Below are positions 1-13,021 of a stretch of 64,000 bases of DNA, in pieces. Positions within the stretch are counted from its first letter, which is position 1; each line of letters opens with the position of its first letter. Position numbers and translations under genes: made by a program. Under the pieces are notes generated by a model. The model was given only the letters and a program-made list of their open reading frames with translations. It was not told the DNA's origin and ran no database searches. Source of the DNA: Lingula anatina (taxonomy: Eukaryota > Animalia > Brachiopoda); contig CM120648.1 in NCBI GenBank assembly GCA_051362555.1, positions 13,388,587 through 13,452,586 of the forward strand, written 5' to 3'.

Positions 1-361
1 TAAGTTATGAGGAAGAATCAGAACTACGTATCCTAAACTCTAGCAAGGAAAGGGTGAATGTCTTCGAATTGTTGAAAAGAGATGAATGGAATAGTTTTGT
101 TCTGCACAAAAGAAGCCAGGGAAGCAATCACTGTTATAAACTGAAACTAGCAAAGAAGTTGCCAAGGAAATATCCAATGTCTGGATGTCCAAGAATATCT
201 TCTCTTTGAGAACATTTCCAACAGAATAACTGCATATAAGGGCTGCTATAAAAATATTGTGCTTATATACAATGAATCTTATATCATAAACACTCTTTGT
301 CAAGTTTTGATTCAACTCTTTCACTTTCGTATATCATCACTTTTAATCCTTGCACTTTATA

Positions 362-575
362 GGCTGCATTCCCACAGATTTAGATCGATCCATCTGGATC
401 AACCTAACTCCCTGGGGGTTCACGCTAGATTGCTGTCAGCCAAGGGCAGAAGGAAGTTAATTACCCCCTTACAGCTTTTAGTAGGCGGGACAGGCATTTA
501 AGCCGGCTAAGCTGACAGTAATCTAGTGAGACTCCTCACGGGGATAGATCAACTTAAATTTGTTGGAATGCAGTC
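362..575. mobile_element. Palindromic Harbinger-like MITE family (copy 1)
   Basis: TIR GRCTGCATTCCCACAGATT-AGATCGATC. Homologs at 9931-10151, 17496-17719 and, more divergent, 23904-24133 and 42042-42300. Confidence 0.8.
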
Positions 576-1279
576 ATAGACAGTTGATGCTTCATTAGTT
601 CTCTAAATATATTATAATCCAACATATTACTGTTGGGAATGTTCTTCTCAAAGAAAGGAAAAGTACAGCATTGGAGATTTCCTTGGCAACTTCGCTGGCC
701 TCAGCTTATGACAGGGATTTCCTATGGCTTCATACATGTAAACCAAAAGTGTATCATCCATCCTATTGTAATAATTTCAAAATATTCACTTTTTGGTAAG
801 GATAATTGATTCTTCATTATAATTCCCATCCAACAGATGTTAGGAAGTCTTATCACTCCTCATTTTGATTGATAAAGATGACTGGGATGGTTCATTGTCC
901 CCATTATTGAAGTTTCTGGCTCTTCAGTCTAGCTTGACAGTTAAAATGCAGCTGACATGGTAACTGAATTCACTGTAAAATGCACCAATCTCAGTATTAG
1001 CATCAAAAATGGATTCTACAACCCCTAAAACATAAGAAAAGGCATATGACTCAATATAGTACCGTTAATTGTTGTTGATGAAACTCTAAGTAGGCCGTTT
1101 TGGCCGCCTTTTTGAAAAGTGTCATACTGCCGACCTAAATAATTGCTGTAGAAATAAGTGATTGACATATTTGTGTTCAGCAGCAAATTTCTCCTCAGAA
1201 AACACTTTTTATGGAAAAAAATTGAGATTAACTCTACCCTCTTCATAGCTCCAAAACTAGCACCCATAGTTACTATTAA

Positions 1280-1563
1280 AGGGATAATAACTCTTCGTAT
1301 GAGATCTATATTTCACAATAAAAACATTGTGAACAACTCATAGAAATATAAAATATTCTGTTGTACCACAAAAACGGCAGTTATAGCTATTGTTCTGATA
1401 TCTGAGCTTGTCTGACCATGTGACCTCCACTGATGGCTATACTCTGTTATAATCTCTTAAGAGATTATAACAAAAAACAAACTTTTAAGAAAAAAACCAG
1501 GGACTAAATTTGAATGTAAAAATGGATGCATTGGTAAATATGAGAAAATTGTTGTTTACTCCA

Positions 1564-1594
<31 letters not shown>

Positions 1595-1619
1595 GCCAAA
1601 ACAGAGAGTTATTATCCCT
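1280..1619. mobile_element. Kolobok-like MITE with TTAA TSD; partial second copy at about 47171-47420
   Basis: TTAA-AGGGATAATAACTC...GAGTTATTATCCCT-TTAA. Confidence 0.75.
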
Positions 1620-2139
1620 TTAAACTTGAATACAATATCATACATTATCGATTTTACATTGACACACACACACACACACATCATATAATTTACCCTTTCC
1701 CCATCTCTTCCCACCCGCATTACCGTTACATAAACATAAGGTCTGTCTCGATAATAGTCTTCGCTTTCCTGACTTCTGATAACTTCTTAGACTGATAAAT
1801 AACGACAGTTATTTTCAATATATACATAACAACACAATCCACTTGGCACTTCAAACAAAAAACTTTATACACAGTTAAAACTACATGTACTGTAGCCCAC
1901 AATTTTTCAGTTCCATTTTGTCTTTATATGGCAACTCTGTGGAGTCATTGTTTCTAATTTTTGATTATGTACTCTTCCCATATCTTGACATCTTGCTATA
2001 ATTTCCCCCAAGACAACTACTTTCACATCTAGGTTGTGGTAAAGAAGTAGTGACTTGTGCTGGCGACCAAATGTTTTATCATAGGTTTTCTGTCGTTATC
2101 TTTTTAAGATTTAAATATATCTTAGATGTCCCGACAGTC

Positions 2140-2540
2140 TTACCTCCGCCAAGGAGGTTGTCTTCACCCCTGTTTGTTTGTTTGATTGTTTGTCATCAAC
2201 GCAACTCAAAAAGTTATGGATGAATTTCGATGAAATTTTCAGGGTAGGTCAGAAATGGGTTTACTCAGAAGTTATTAGTTTTTGGTGGTAATCCGGATAA
2301 ATAATCAATCAATAATCAAAAAACTAAGTTATGGACCGATTTTGATGAAAATTTCAGGAACTGTCAGAAGTGTGCCAAGGAACAGATGATTAGTTTTTGG
2401 TGGTGATCGGGATCAATAATCAAAAATCAAAAATCAAAAAACTACATCAGTATAGCATGAAAATTTAGGGGTGAAACGGCATTGGGTGGAGACTTTGCTG
2501 CCTTGGCGGAGGTCTGCGCTCTCGGAGTGCTTTTCTAGTT
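2140..2540 (+). mobile_element. Helentron/Helitron-like non-autonomous element (HINE/DINE-type)
   Basis: Subterminal inverted repeat ACCTCCGCCAAGG / CCTTGGCGGAGGT, (GTTT)n tract, internal tandem duplication, and 3' hairpin followed by CTAGT. Confidence 0.75.
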
Positions 2541-2579
2541 TTATCATTGTCCATTCTGTTTCAATCACGCTGGCGTTGA

Positions 2580-5500
2580 TCATAGCTTTAAATTTGTCAT
2601 GCATACCGATGGATCAAGTTTCTCATCCAGTGACGTCGCACCCCTCTGTTGTGACGTAGATTCTCCTCCCTGCAGTGACGTAGGTGTTTTATCTTGTGAC
2701 GCTGACGCTTCGCCCAGTTGAGATGCAGACATTATACACTTTGGAGCAGACACCTCACCTGGTTGTGACGTCAAGAATGCGTCATCTTCGTACTCACTAG
2801 TAAGGTCACATACTTGAAAGGAAGGGCGAGTTTCTACCTTGTTGTTCCCTCCAATCTGATTCACAGTAATGTTTGTTTGGTATGTGCTTGATTGTGACCT
2901 CTCTGATACAGCTGAAAAGACATATCCTAGCAGGTTGGTACATGTAGACCCTAACTATTCTCTGTCAACTTTTATATTACAAACCACATTGTGAGTTGGG
3001 TATTTTACAACTGATCGAGACACATATAAACCTGGCAGGTAGTTGTATGTAGTGGCCTCTAGAGACAGCTGCGAAAATGGCAAGGAGTATTACAGTGCAT
3101 TTTACGCCTTGCTATTTTTGAAGCTGTCTCTAGAGGCCACCACATGTAGATGCAACCACCTACTGGGTTTAGTGCTTTTTTGGTACACACAAATGATACA
3201 AATAAAAGAAAAATTAAAAATTATGCAAATGTGCTCACTTGATGCGAGGCTGGAATGTCGTTTCAGTCCTGGAAGAAATTCCTCGAGCAGTTCTCGGTGC
3301 ATTTCATACTCTGAAATGTAAATAATGCAAATAATAGGTTGGTTTTATAAATATGTGAAAACAAAGTCGAAACAAAGAACAAACAAATCAGTATTTCAAG
3401 AATGTTATATGTGTGATTAAATTTTAAGGGGCGAAGTGAGTTAAAACAGCACGGTTCAAAGTCATCATTTCCACAAGCATAAACACATTCAACCAACAAG
3501 CTACTAAGAAAAGTAATTTATGCGGCATCAGCCATAATTAGATAGAAATGGATAAAATTCATTACACAGAAATAGCATGATGATTATTCTATATCCAATA
3601 CAAAACGTTTCCTGTTGAGCTTCATAAGATCATCTTTCATGACAAATTTTCTATTAAGTAATCATCAGAATGTACCATGACCATGTACTGAGTATCATTA
3701 ACTCATCATTTCTGGATTTCCCAGACAAGTGTTGCAATCCTAACATATTTCCTTTGAAAGAAACATTTTAAAAATTCGTTTCAGAGACTGATATTTCCGG
3801 TTAAAATGAACAATCCATGTCCTCCATGTCACCTAGGTAATAATAATACAGGGGCGGATCCAGGATTATTTGAAGGTGGGTCCTGAACGATAGGCCTCGG
3901 ATGCGAAGCCGACCATCGCCCCCTTTCTGTGAGGTTCGAGGCCTGCTGAAGGACCCCGAAAATACAGGCCTTCCCAACTACCAGACTCGGCACCTACGGG
4001 TCCAGAATAAACCGGTATATCTGACCACACTACCCGTTTTCAAGGTGTGTGTCAGATCGCATAAAAGAGTATCATACCCTATCACAAATTCTGTAAGCCT
4101 ACCTGTCATCCGGGTATCGCGCCTCGTTTTCGTCAAGTAGGAGTCGCATGAATACAACAGACGACTCCCTCAATCAGGGGGTGGAAACGCGCTACTTATA
4201 TGATTAAGACGAGCCTAGCCGTCAGTACCGGTTATTGTTTTGTGACCTTGAGGAGCAATTAGGTTTGGTCGTTGCGGCACGCATCAACAGTAGTTGAACT
4301 ACCACACCTGGGTCTTTTGTTTTTGACAACTGTTCACTCGTCATCGAGGCGCTTGTTCAAGACTACAGGCTGGTATCTACTAGTACTACCAGTGGCTTCA
4401 TTAGTAACGTTCCCACAATACTTAAGTTTTCTGTCCGTGCGTACAAACCTTGAAAAAGGACAGCCTCGCTGACGAGAACAATGGACGTTTCTCACCCCTC
4501 TCTAGGATTACCCGTGCCCTCAATCTCGTCCATCCGGTAGTCACGAAAATATTTAACCCCCGACAGAATATGCTTCTGCTATCAAAATTAGGTCTACTTT
4601 TCTAAATAAATATATAAGTTTGCAAGTTCTTATTTACAAAACATCAATGGCTATGTCCGAACCTAAATTTTATGTTAAAAATTGCGGTACTGTCAGATTT
4701 TAGCATAAACAGAGAAAATTGCATCAGCGCATGAATCTAGATGAGATGCACTACTTTCCAACCCCGCTCAGGATCATTGCTATCACATCGCGCACCAGGC
4801 AAAATCGGTGTGGTGGCTGATACTCTGTAATGCGATCTGACACACACCTTGAAAACGGGTAGTGTGGTCTGATAAAGCGGTTTATACTGGACCGGTAGGT
4901 GCCGAGTCTGGTAGTTGGGAAGGCCTGAAATATTTTGGTGTTTTGGAGAGCAAACAGTGCCCTTTGGTACAGTTTAGAACTATAATTTAGCTAGTCAAAA
5001 TTCTACTTTCAAAAGGGGGATATAAGTGTGATATATTTCTCAGAAACCGAAGGGGGGGTCAGCCCCCCCCCCCCCCCCCCCCAACAAACCCTCTTAATCC
5101 CCCACTGTAATAACTTGTGGGGCTACCTGTATACGTCACAACATGCAAACATAAGGTACAGGTATAAAAGGATGCATTTGCGCCGACTTCTGATCATTTT
5201 AGTTCTGGGGGATTGTCCTGGAATTACCCTTAAGCCATGAAAGATGGGGAGAGGGGAGGAGGAGACTTACCCTCTGAAGTGTCAGGGTCCAGTAATTCGG
5301 GGTAGAAAACGCACGCTGGTACTACGGTGTTGGGCAGATCTTGACAACAGGGAAACGTGGACGACACGTTTGACAAATCACAAGGCAAATTGTCCCATTT
5401 GTGCTTTTTGATCTTTTCCAAATCTCGTCTTTGGTTAAGGATGCAACCTGGACAGACCAAAAAAATATCGCAGTGTTCTTCTTGACATGTGGTGAAATAT

Positions 5501-7797
5501 TCCACGGCTTGTCTTGTGAATTTCCACATTGCCATTAAGTCCTTCCCTGTCTGTCTCCCGTTTATTCTTCTTCGCACTGACAGTTCGAATATGGATTGAC
5601 ATTCATCTTCCTGGGTAGCCTTTTTCTCAATCATCACAGTCATATCGCTAACTTTCGTGAGAAGTCCAGTAACCCAATCCATTCGCCTGTCCCTGCTAAA
5701 CGCGTGTTCGTGTTTCTGAATATAACACTTTGCCAGTAAGATAAAGAGGTCTGGGACTTCAGACAAGAAGTGGAATTCTACAGTTAATTGCAGCTCATTT
5801 GGTCTCGGTATGATATTCCAAAATTCATTGAAATTTTCGTCTTTTGTCTTTGTTATAAAATATGGCAGGTACAAGCTATTTTCTGTACACTGGCTGGCAG
5901 CCCTGATCTCTTTCAGGATTTCAAAAACCACATCTTCCTGAACGTCTTTGTATCCTCCAACATCTAGGAGACACCGAAGTAGTTTTGTACTCAGAATGCC
6001 CATTTCTCTGAGATCTTTCACTTCTTTTTTCCACATCTCAGTTGTCAATTTTGACCCTTTGTAGATTTCGCTGTCTGCTATTTTGCTTAGCTTGGTATTC
6101 ATGTCGTGGTTCACGACGAGGGCAAGGACGGATACCAGAGTGTAATGGGATGGGAATACGTAATCCTTCAAGGGTGATTGATGATAGGGAAAATACACAA
6201 TTGCTCCCCAACTTTGCAATTGTTCTAGCAAATCACCAAGGCCTTTAAATAACCATTTTTGCCAGCCAATTTTTCTCGAATACATTTTTTTTACTTCGTC
6301 CAGGGTAACATATAACCGCCCGCTGAAATCCACTTTTAGAAGATGATCAACATAAAACCACCTGTCCCCTCTAGGCTTTTTAGATAAAGACTGTCGTTTT
6401 TCAATTGTATCCAATACGGCATTATCTAATTCATCTATGCCGGTAAAGTCGGTGGAACTGATGAAATGTATCTTGTCGTTCACATTTAAAGGTGACCCTT
6501 CTTTAAACCGCAAAGTATGTCGTTTAACATGGGCTTCAACTGTGTTTCGTTTTTCGGGACTCACTTTATCTGAATGAGAACCAACCAAAAATACAATTGC
6601 ATTTGGGAGAGTGTTTTTTATTTTATGAAGCCATCGGCCAACATGTCTTTGAAAATCCACCCCATAGGTCTCCGCATTAAACATAAGAATACAGATACCT
6701 ATCATTGAAAGGAAAAGCCGGTAAGCATACTGATAGACAGGGTGCCCCCCAAAGTCTGTGTACATCAACACGACTTCTCTTCCTGATGGTAGCGTAATCA
6801 GTTTGGTGTGCTGGTTTGCGAACTCGGTTCGATCACCCTCGTCGGTGGGATTTGCCCTCCCTTTCAAGGAGCTCCTGATGTAACTAGATTTCCCGGCAAA
6901 TGCCTCGCCTAAAATGAAAATACTCTGTCGATCTTTTTTAGTTGTTGTCTCTTTGTCCCGCTTCAGGAGCCGATTTGTTATATCTGGGGCAGAATTGCAC
7001 CTGGCAATAAGGGGATCCCTCAGTTGACGGCGTTCTATCTTCCCTTTGTGAGTGTCTTGTCTGTCGCCGTCGATCCCGAGATCCTTAATTTGAAGAAGAT
7101 GGAATTTGTCAGGTAAATGCTCAATTTTGTTAAAGGAAATGTACAAACGTCTCAGTTTTGATAAATTGCATATTTCGTCGGGAAGGTCCTTTAGTTCATT
7201 CCTGCTGCAATTGATTTCGATCAGATGCCTCAGTTTTCCTATAGTTCCAGGTAGACATGCCAAGTTATTGTTTTGTGCGCGCAAAGTCTCAAGGTGTTCT
7301 AGTGACTTGATGTCTCTTGGCAATGCTACCAGCTGATTGTGTCCCATATCGAGAAATGTCAGTTTCTTACAGCATAAGCTTTGCTCTGGGAAAGTCTTGA
7401 AACAATTGTGACTTATATCCAGCTTCTCTAAGTTGTGAAGGCTACCGAAATCACTTGGTAAATCCTTTAATTCACAATAACAAGCTTGGAGATTCTTCAG
7501 CTTTTCCAGTCTTGATATACCGTTTGGCAACTCAATATGGTTGTTTGCTATGTGAAGAAGTTCCAAATTACTCAAGACCAAAATATTAATTGGAAAAGCA
7601 GTGAGACCGATATCACGAATAAACAATTTTGTTAGGTAGTTCCATTGTAAAAACGACAGAGCGCCAAAGTTTGTGAGACAATTATATGACAAATTGATAG
7701 CATCTAAATGTCTGTCTTTCAGTGCTTCATGCGGTATTTCAGTTAAATTTTGACGACTATAGTCTCTGTCATGTTTCTCTTGCGACTTGCTTGCCAT
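2580..7797 (-). CDS. Roco-family LRR-ROC-COR protein (MFHAS1-like) with a C-terminal RHIM-like tail; 2 coding exons (7797-5271, 2911-2580), about 952 aa
   Basis: The 871-aa ORF has about 9 LRRs (LxxLxLxxNxL), a ROC GTPase with P-loop GEAFAGKSS, G3 DFGG, G4 VGSHSD and G5 ISS, then a COR-like region and a C-terminal CPGC. Acceptor ttttgtctttcag precedes 7825 and the ATG is at 7797. A phase-1 donor G|GTAAGT at 5271/5270 joins in frame to acceptor tgtcttttcag|CT at 2911, giving ORF 2580-2864. Confidence 0.85.
3849..5107 (+). mobile_element. CAGGGGCGGATCCAG-type non-autonomous DNA element with 5-bp TSD (TAATA), containing a nested element
   Basis: Termini CAGGGGCGGATCC...ATCCCCCACTG flanked by TAATA. 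Related copies lie at about 27061, 30369-30592 and 43568-43799. Confidence 0.75.
3965..4927. mobile_element. Nested non-autonomous DNA transposon with about 100-bp TIRs and 5-bp TSD (AAATA)
   Basis: CAGGCCTTCCCAACTACCAGACTCGGCACCTAC... is mirrored at about 4830-4927. Confidence 0.85.
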
Positions 7798-8130
7798 GTT
7801 TGAGGTTCGGGTTTCGGGTAGAAATCTGAAAGACAAAAAGGGCAATGAAAATCTAAAAAGGGTGGCAAATAATTACATTTGCCATGATGTAATTAGGGGT
7901 TTTTTTCACGTCGTAAGTGGCTATGGGTGACAGCGAGTACGTTTTCATTACGTGCGGGTGCTGTGCAATTTCTCCGACATTGCTTTAAGGTGATTACGTA
8001 GGGGAAATAGGTTTGTATGTAGTTTGAATAGTAATCATACAGAGCTTTTTCAGTCTCAGTGCAGTTGCAATTTTACTATTTTAGCATCTACGTGGTCAGA
8101 ATAACGAAACACACACCTACAAATTTATAC

Positions 8131-9361
8131 TAATAAAGGGTACCGGGGGAGATCAGCATTGGTCAGAATTGTGCCGGAAGTGTGACGTCAAGTGGTGTAA
8201 GACGCGAAGCTGAGTGGTCATTTTTAGCTAGAGGTGAACGTGAGAGAAGACGTGGACTCGGAAAAAAAAGCAGTTTTTCAAACAACATGGTAAGAGGACA
8301 TTTCTTCTTTACGCATTTTGGGCAGAGAATACTTGTAGAAATAATAGGCACATGATATGAAAACGTGTCACGGAACTTGAAGGTGCAAAATCGTGCTTAA
8401 TTTGAAGACAACTATTTGAAATACATGCTTCATCGACTGTCGGGGCGAAAAAGAGCGTAAAGGGAAAGGAATTCCCGGGAGGCTATAAATCGTTGTCATT
8501 TAGAATTTTGAAATTTATATAATCTGATATGTCCATATCTAAGTATTTTCGGGTGTTTTGTGGTATGTGCTGCAATTAAAATGATGTTTTAGAGTTCTTG
8601 AAGGACCTTGTGAAAACCAGGAAGTAGTTCGTAACTAACAACTGAATCGTACCGATCTACGACTGCTGTGCAAAGTTGTATCTTTTTTCATATTGTGACG
8701 AAATTTTATAAAAGGTGTATTGATGTGATCATATGTGTGGAATTTCATGTCAGATGGACATATAAAGATCTAAAAATTCATCAAAATATTTAAAAATAAT
8801 AACACCTTTGCACAGTAGTTGTGGATCGGTACGACTCAGTTGTCAGTTATGAATTACTTCCTGGTTTTCACAAGGTCCTTCAAAGACCCTAAAACATCGT
8901 TATAATTGCAGCACATACCATAAAACACCCGAAAATACGTAGATATGGACATATCAGATTATATATAAATGCCAATATTCCACATGACAACGATTTATAG
9001 CCTCCCAGGAATTCTTTTCCCTTTACGCTCTTTGCCGCGCTGGCGGTCGATGCAGCATGTATTTCAAAACAGATTGACTGCAAATTTAGCACGATTTTGT
9101 ACCTTCAAGTACCGTGACACGTTTTCATATCATGTGCCTATTGTTTCTACAAGTATTCTCTGCCCCAAAATGCCAAATGCATAAAGGTAAAATGTTATCT
9201 TATCTTGTTGTTAGAATAACTGCTTTTTTTCTCCAAGCCCACGTCCTCATTCCCATTCACCTCCAGCTAAAAATGACCACTCAGCTTTACGTATTACACC
9301 ACTACACGTCACTTCCGGCACAATTCTGACCAATGCTGATCTCCTCCGGTACCCCTTATTA
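8131..9361. repeat. About 1.2-kb foldback (long inverted repeat)
   Basis: About 8131-8700 is an imperfect reverse complement of about 8790-9361; the ORF track shows mirrored ORFs. Confidence 0.9.
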
Positions 9362-9930
9362 CATGTACATTAAGTAACAGTTTTAAATATCTAGCTTCAC
9401 AATTGTTATACCTCCTATAACTATCATAGGTGGAAGGGAGAGAGACCTAAAACAGGTTCAACCCTAATTATCATAATCACCAGAATTCCACCGAACGACG
9501 CACGTAGGGGAACTATGTAATGTCATCTACGAAATTGCAACGGGCTTACATTTTGAAAATATTTGTCAAATGTTTTAACTTGACGAAATTGTATATGGCG
9601 ATTTCGCACTGAAACCGTCTTATGGTATTTACGGACGGTTTTAGAGCACCGTACGGACAACTCATGGCAAATGTAATTTAGGGCCTCATTCCCAGTGAAA
9701 ATATATGTCTACCTGGAGCGATCCAACCCCGCAGAGATTCTCGCTGAATGCAATCAGTTAAACAGATTAACACGCTTCCTTTTGTTTCCAACGTTCTCGT
9801 ATTATCAACAGCTTTTCCGTACTCTACTCAACGCCATCTGTTGAACTGATTGCATTCATCAAGAGTCCCCACGGAGTTGGATCGATCTACGTAGAACGAT
9901 AGCTTCAATACCCTGAAATGGCCATTATAT

Positions 9931-10151
9931 AACTGCATTCCCACAGATTTTAGATCGATCTATCCCCGTGGGGAGTCTCACTAGATTACTGTCAGCTTAG
10001 CCAGCTTAAATGTCTGTCCCGCCTACTAAAAGCTGTAATAGTAAGGGGGTAATTAACTTCCGAGCGCGCTCGGCTGACAGCGATTCAGCATGAACCCTCA
10101 GGGAGTTAGGTCGATCCAGATGGATCGATCTAAATCTGTGGGAATGCAGTC
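9931..10151. mobile_element. Palindromic Harbinger-like MITE family (copy 2)
   Basis: Inverted near-identical copy of 362-575. Confidence 0.8.
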
Positions 10152-12976
10152 TTACAGGTCGGCAGATTAACTATGTGAACTTTTCTTCACAGTGGAGGAA
10201 TGTACCATGAATTATCCAGATATACGTCTGTGTTTATCTAGTGAAAATCAATCTGTCTCCCTGGTAGAGGGTAGTGGTGCATGGCGTTCTATATGTACTG
10301 CACGTAGTCTTAAGGATATTTTCACCCTTCATTATCATCCAGATACCGAAAATGAGTTCTTCCTGCATCTAATTATTCACCTATCCATCTGCTTTGTGCT
10401 GATTCAAAACAATAAAAAAAACTCGAAAATATAAAATATCGGCGTTTCTTTTTTTTCGTTGCAATGTATAAGCATAGGCAACTCAAAGCTTTAATCGTCA
10501 ATTTAACACCTTTCTATTTTGAATTGAGATAGCAATCGGTATGGGACGTTACTTTATCCCTGAACAAGATTTTATCACGAAAATTGGCAGAGTTGACCAG
10601 GAGTGTATAGACTACTAGCCCGTGTCGTCATTTTGGTTTTAATGTTTTTGTGATGGAGTTATGAGTCCCTAATTACATATTTTCATTAAACAAAGGCATT
10701 ATTTTGCTGTATTGCCGATAAAATCTGAACTAAGACTTCTAAGAAAAATTGCTGGCAGGATTTTAGAGTACTAAATGGTGTCATTAAATCTGCGTTGAAG
10801 CGGTGATCGTTGGTGCTCAGGTTAAATAGAAATTTGAGAAACCGATTTTTCAGGTTTTACCCAAAAATCGTAATTGAGACGTCACCCGTAAGATCACATA
10901 TGTGTAAATGTTAATTGACACAGCACAAAAACAAATCTTTCCGATTTTTCAGCCTCCGCGGAATGACGTCGGAACAGTGCAAGCTGGCCTTTACAACGCG
11001 CGACTGAATGACGTTTTTCCGCGCAGGAGTACCCCTTTCTCTTTTACATGGCCTTTCAACAGGCGTAATCTCGTTCGTCTTTCTTCGCGACTGAATAACG
11101 TTTTTCCGTAGGGGTCCTGCCTTGGTATTACGAGTATGTGACGGTCGTTATTGGATTGTGACTGACATTTAAGAACATGAGATTTCAATGGAACTGAAAG
11201 ATTTATATTGTTAATTCCTTTGAAAATTTCATTTCATTATCTTAGGTGCGCTACATGTATATACTGTCGAAAGGCGTGATCATCCCGATCATAAGAACAT
11301 CTCTCCTGAGGAAGCTTCCCCCGAGGGCTTATCATATTTTGTTATTCATCATTTCTCTTTTCTGATTTATCCCTAAAAGTTGTATTTGATCTATCAAATC
11401 CAGTCCAATTCACAGTCGTCTCAAAAACCATTTTATTTAAATACAGATTACTTGGAAGCGATATCAAAGTCTATATTTAAAGCATGATCATTATTTCCAT
11501 AAAATTGCAATGAATTATAATGAATAAGACTTGGTCAAAGGCCATGCTGTTTGATTGTTAAAAGTTTGGCCGCGGCCTTGAATAATGCAACTCTGGTTGC
11601 AGCAATGCAAGTCATTAGCGGACACATAACTGACTAGCATTTAACTTGTCGCTTGTACTATAGAAATTGTTAATCACACTTGCGCTTACAATCTGGATTT
11701 TATAGGATACGTTTTAAGGTGTCTCCGGAGTAAAAATCATTTCACTGAAATCATGATACACAGTCAGTGTATTTTTAATTTTTATTTTTTCAATTAATAA
11801 GGTGTATTAATAAAGATTCCTTTGGCGATCGCGATTTAGACTGCGGCAGTTTAAATAGATCTTAAGTTTATTACACTGATGGACAAGATGTAGTGCTTAT
11901 GCATTGAATCAGCGTGTGCAATGGTGCAACCAATCTTTAATTAATAAGGGAGTTGGAAGAACCAGCGGGTGACCGTTAAACGTTCTAATATTTAATCAAC
12001 ACTGAGCGGAAAACAAACAAAAAAGGATAAAGATGTGTCACTCTATGCGCTGGTGGCCGGGGAAGTTTTAACAAAGCCCGACTAACAACAATGTACGTCA
12101 CGGTCACCTTCAATATTTCATCCAGCTAAAAGACGAAAACAAAAATACTTTAATACCAATGTTGACTGGAGATGAATTGAAACATTTTTTTTTATTTGAT
12201 GAATAAGCATTGCCCCACAACTGATCGTAGTACATCCCGCGATAAAATTTTGCTCGATAGACCATGTCTAGAACCATTAGTAAACCATTAGTTCTAAACT
12301 AGCTGTCATAAAAACCTTGCTTGAAAACTGAATAACTATTAGTATATAAGACCATTGTTATTTTGCAAGGTTAAGCAGCGATAAATATGTTGATATATAG
12401 CAAACATCATCAGTATGATGTGCCGTATTACGTATATAACAGGAGTACTTTTCTATTGATGATGATATCTTGCTCACAGTGGGTGACGAAGAGAAGGGGG
12501 TGGTTAAACCACGTAAGTGAAGAATCACTGCACATTAAACGTGCATCGTGTGTCACTTTTACACGGTTTCTGCTAATGAAAATGTATCATATCGCAATAT
12601 ACTAATTTCTTCATAGAAATTATTTTTTCACATGAAAATAAGTAAATCGCCGCAAGTTAAAAACGGCTATTGTGTTTATAAGTTCTGGGCTTTGACAGAG
12701 AAGGACAGGCCTGCCTCAGATGACAGCCGGATTCGGTTGTTTTTGTATGGGGATTGCTACCAGTAATTAACACAGTTTTCACTTGCAGTACCACTGAAAC
12801 ACGATGGTCGAGAGATGACTCATAAGCTGAGGTCAGTGTAACAAGCAGCATGGTGGCCAATAAGCTATTTAACCTTTTATGTAACCTCTCTCCAACCGCG
12901 GTGATGAAGGCTTAAACCAAGTGTTTTGGTTTCTCACTTCTTTGTTTAAGCACAGTCCCCCCTTTTTTCAGGACTC

Positions 12977-13021
12977 TGCAGCTGATGAAGGTCACTTGTT
13001 GACCGAAAAGCGCTTTCTGCA
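12977..13021 (+). ncRNA. Minimal type I hammerhead ribozyme (Penelope-like element type)
   Basis: TGCAG-CTGATGA-A-GGTCA(cttgt)TGACC-GAAA-AGCGCT-TT-CTGCA: stem I, catalytic core, stem II hairpin, palindromic stem III and UH cleavage site are all present. Confidence 0.75.

Noticed and set aside
5230-7845. Roco as a single-exon 871-aa gene
   Set aside because: The ORF starts at a non-ATG codon inside a polypyrimidine tract and runs through a consensus GTAAGT donor; the spliced model fits better.
8163-9329. Paired small ORFs on opposite strands
   Set aside because: Artefact of the foldback repeat.
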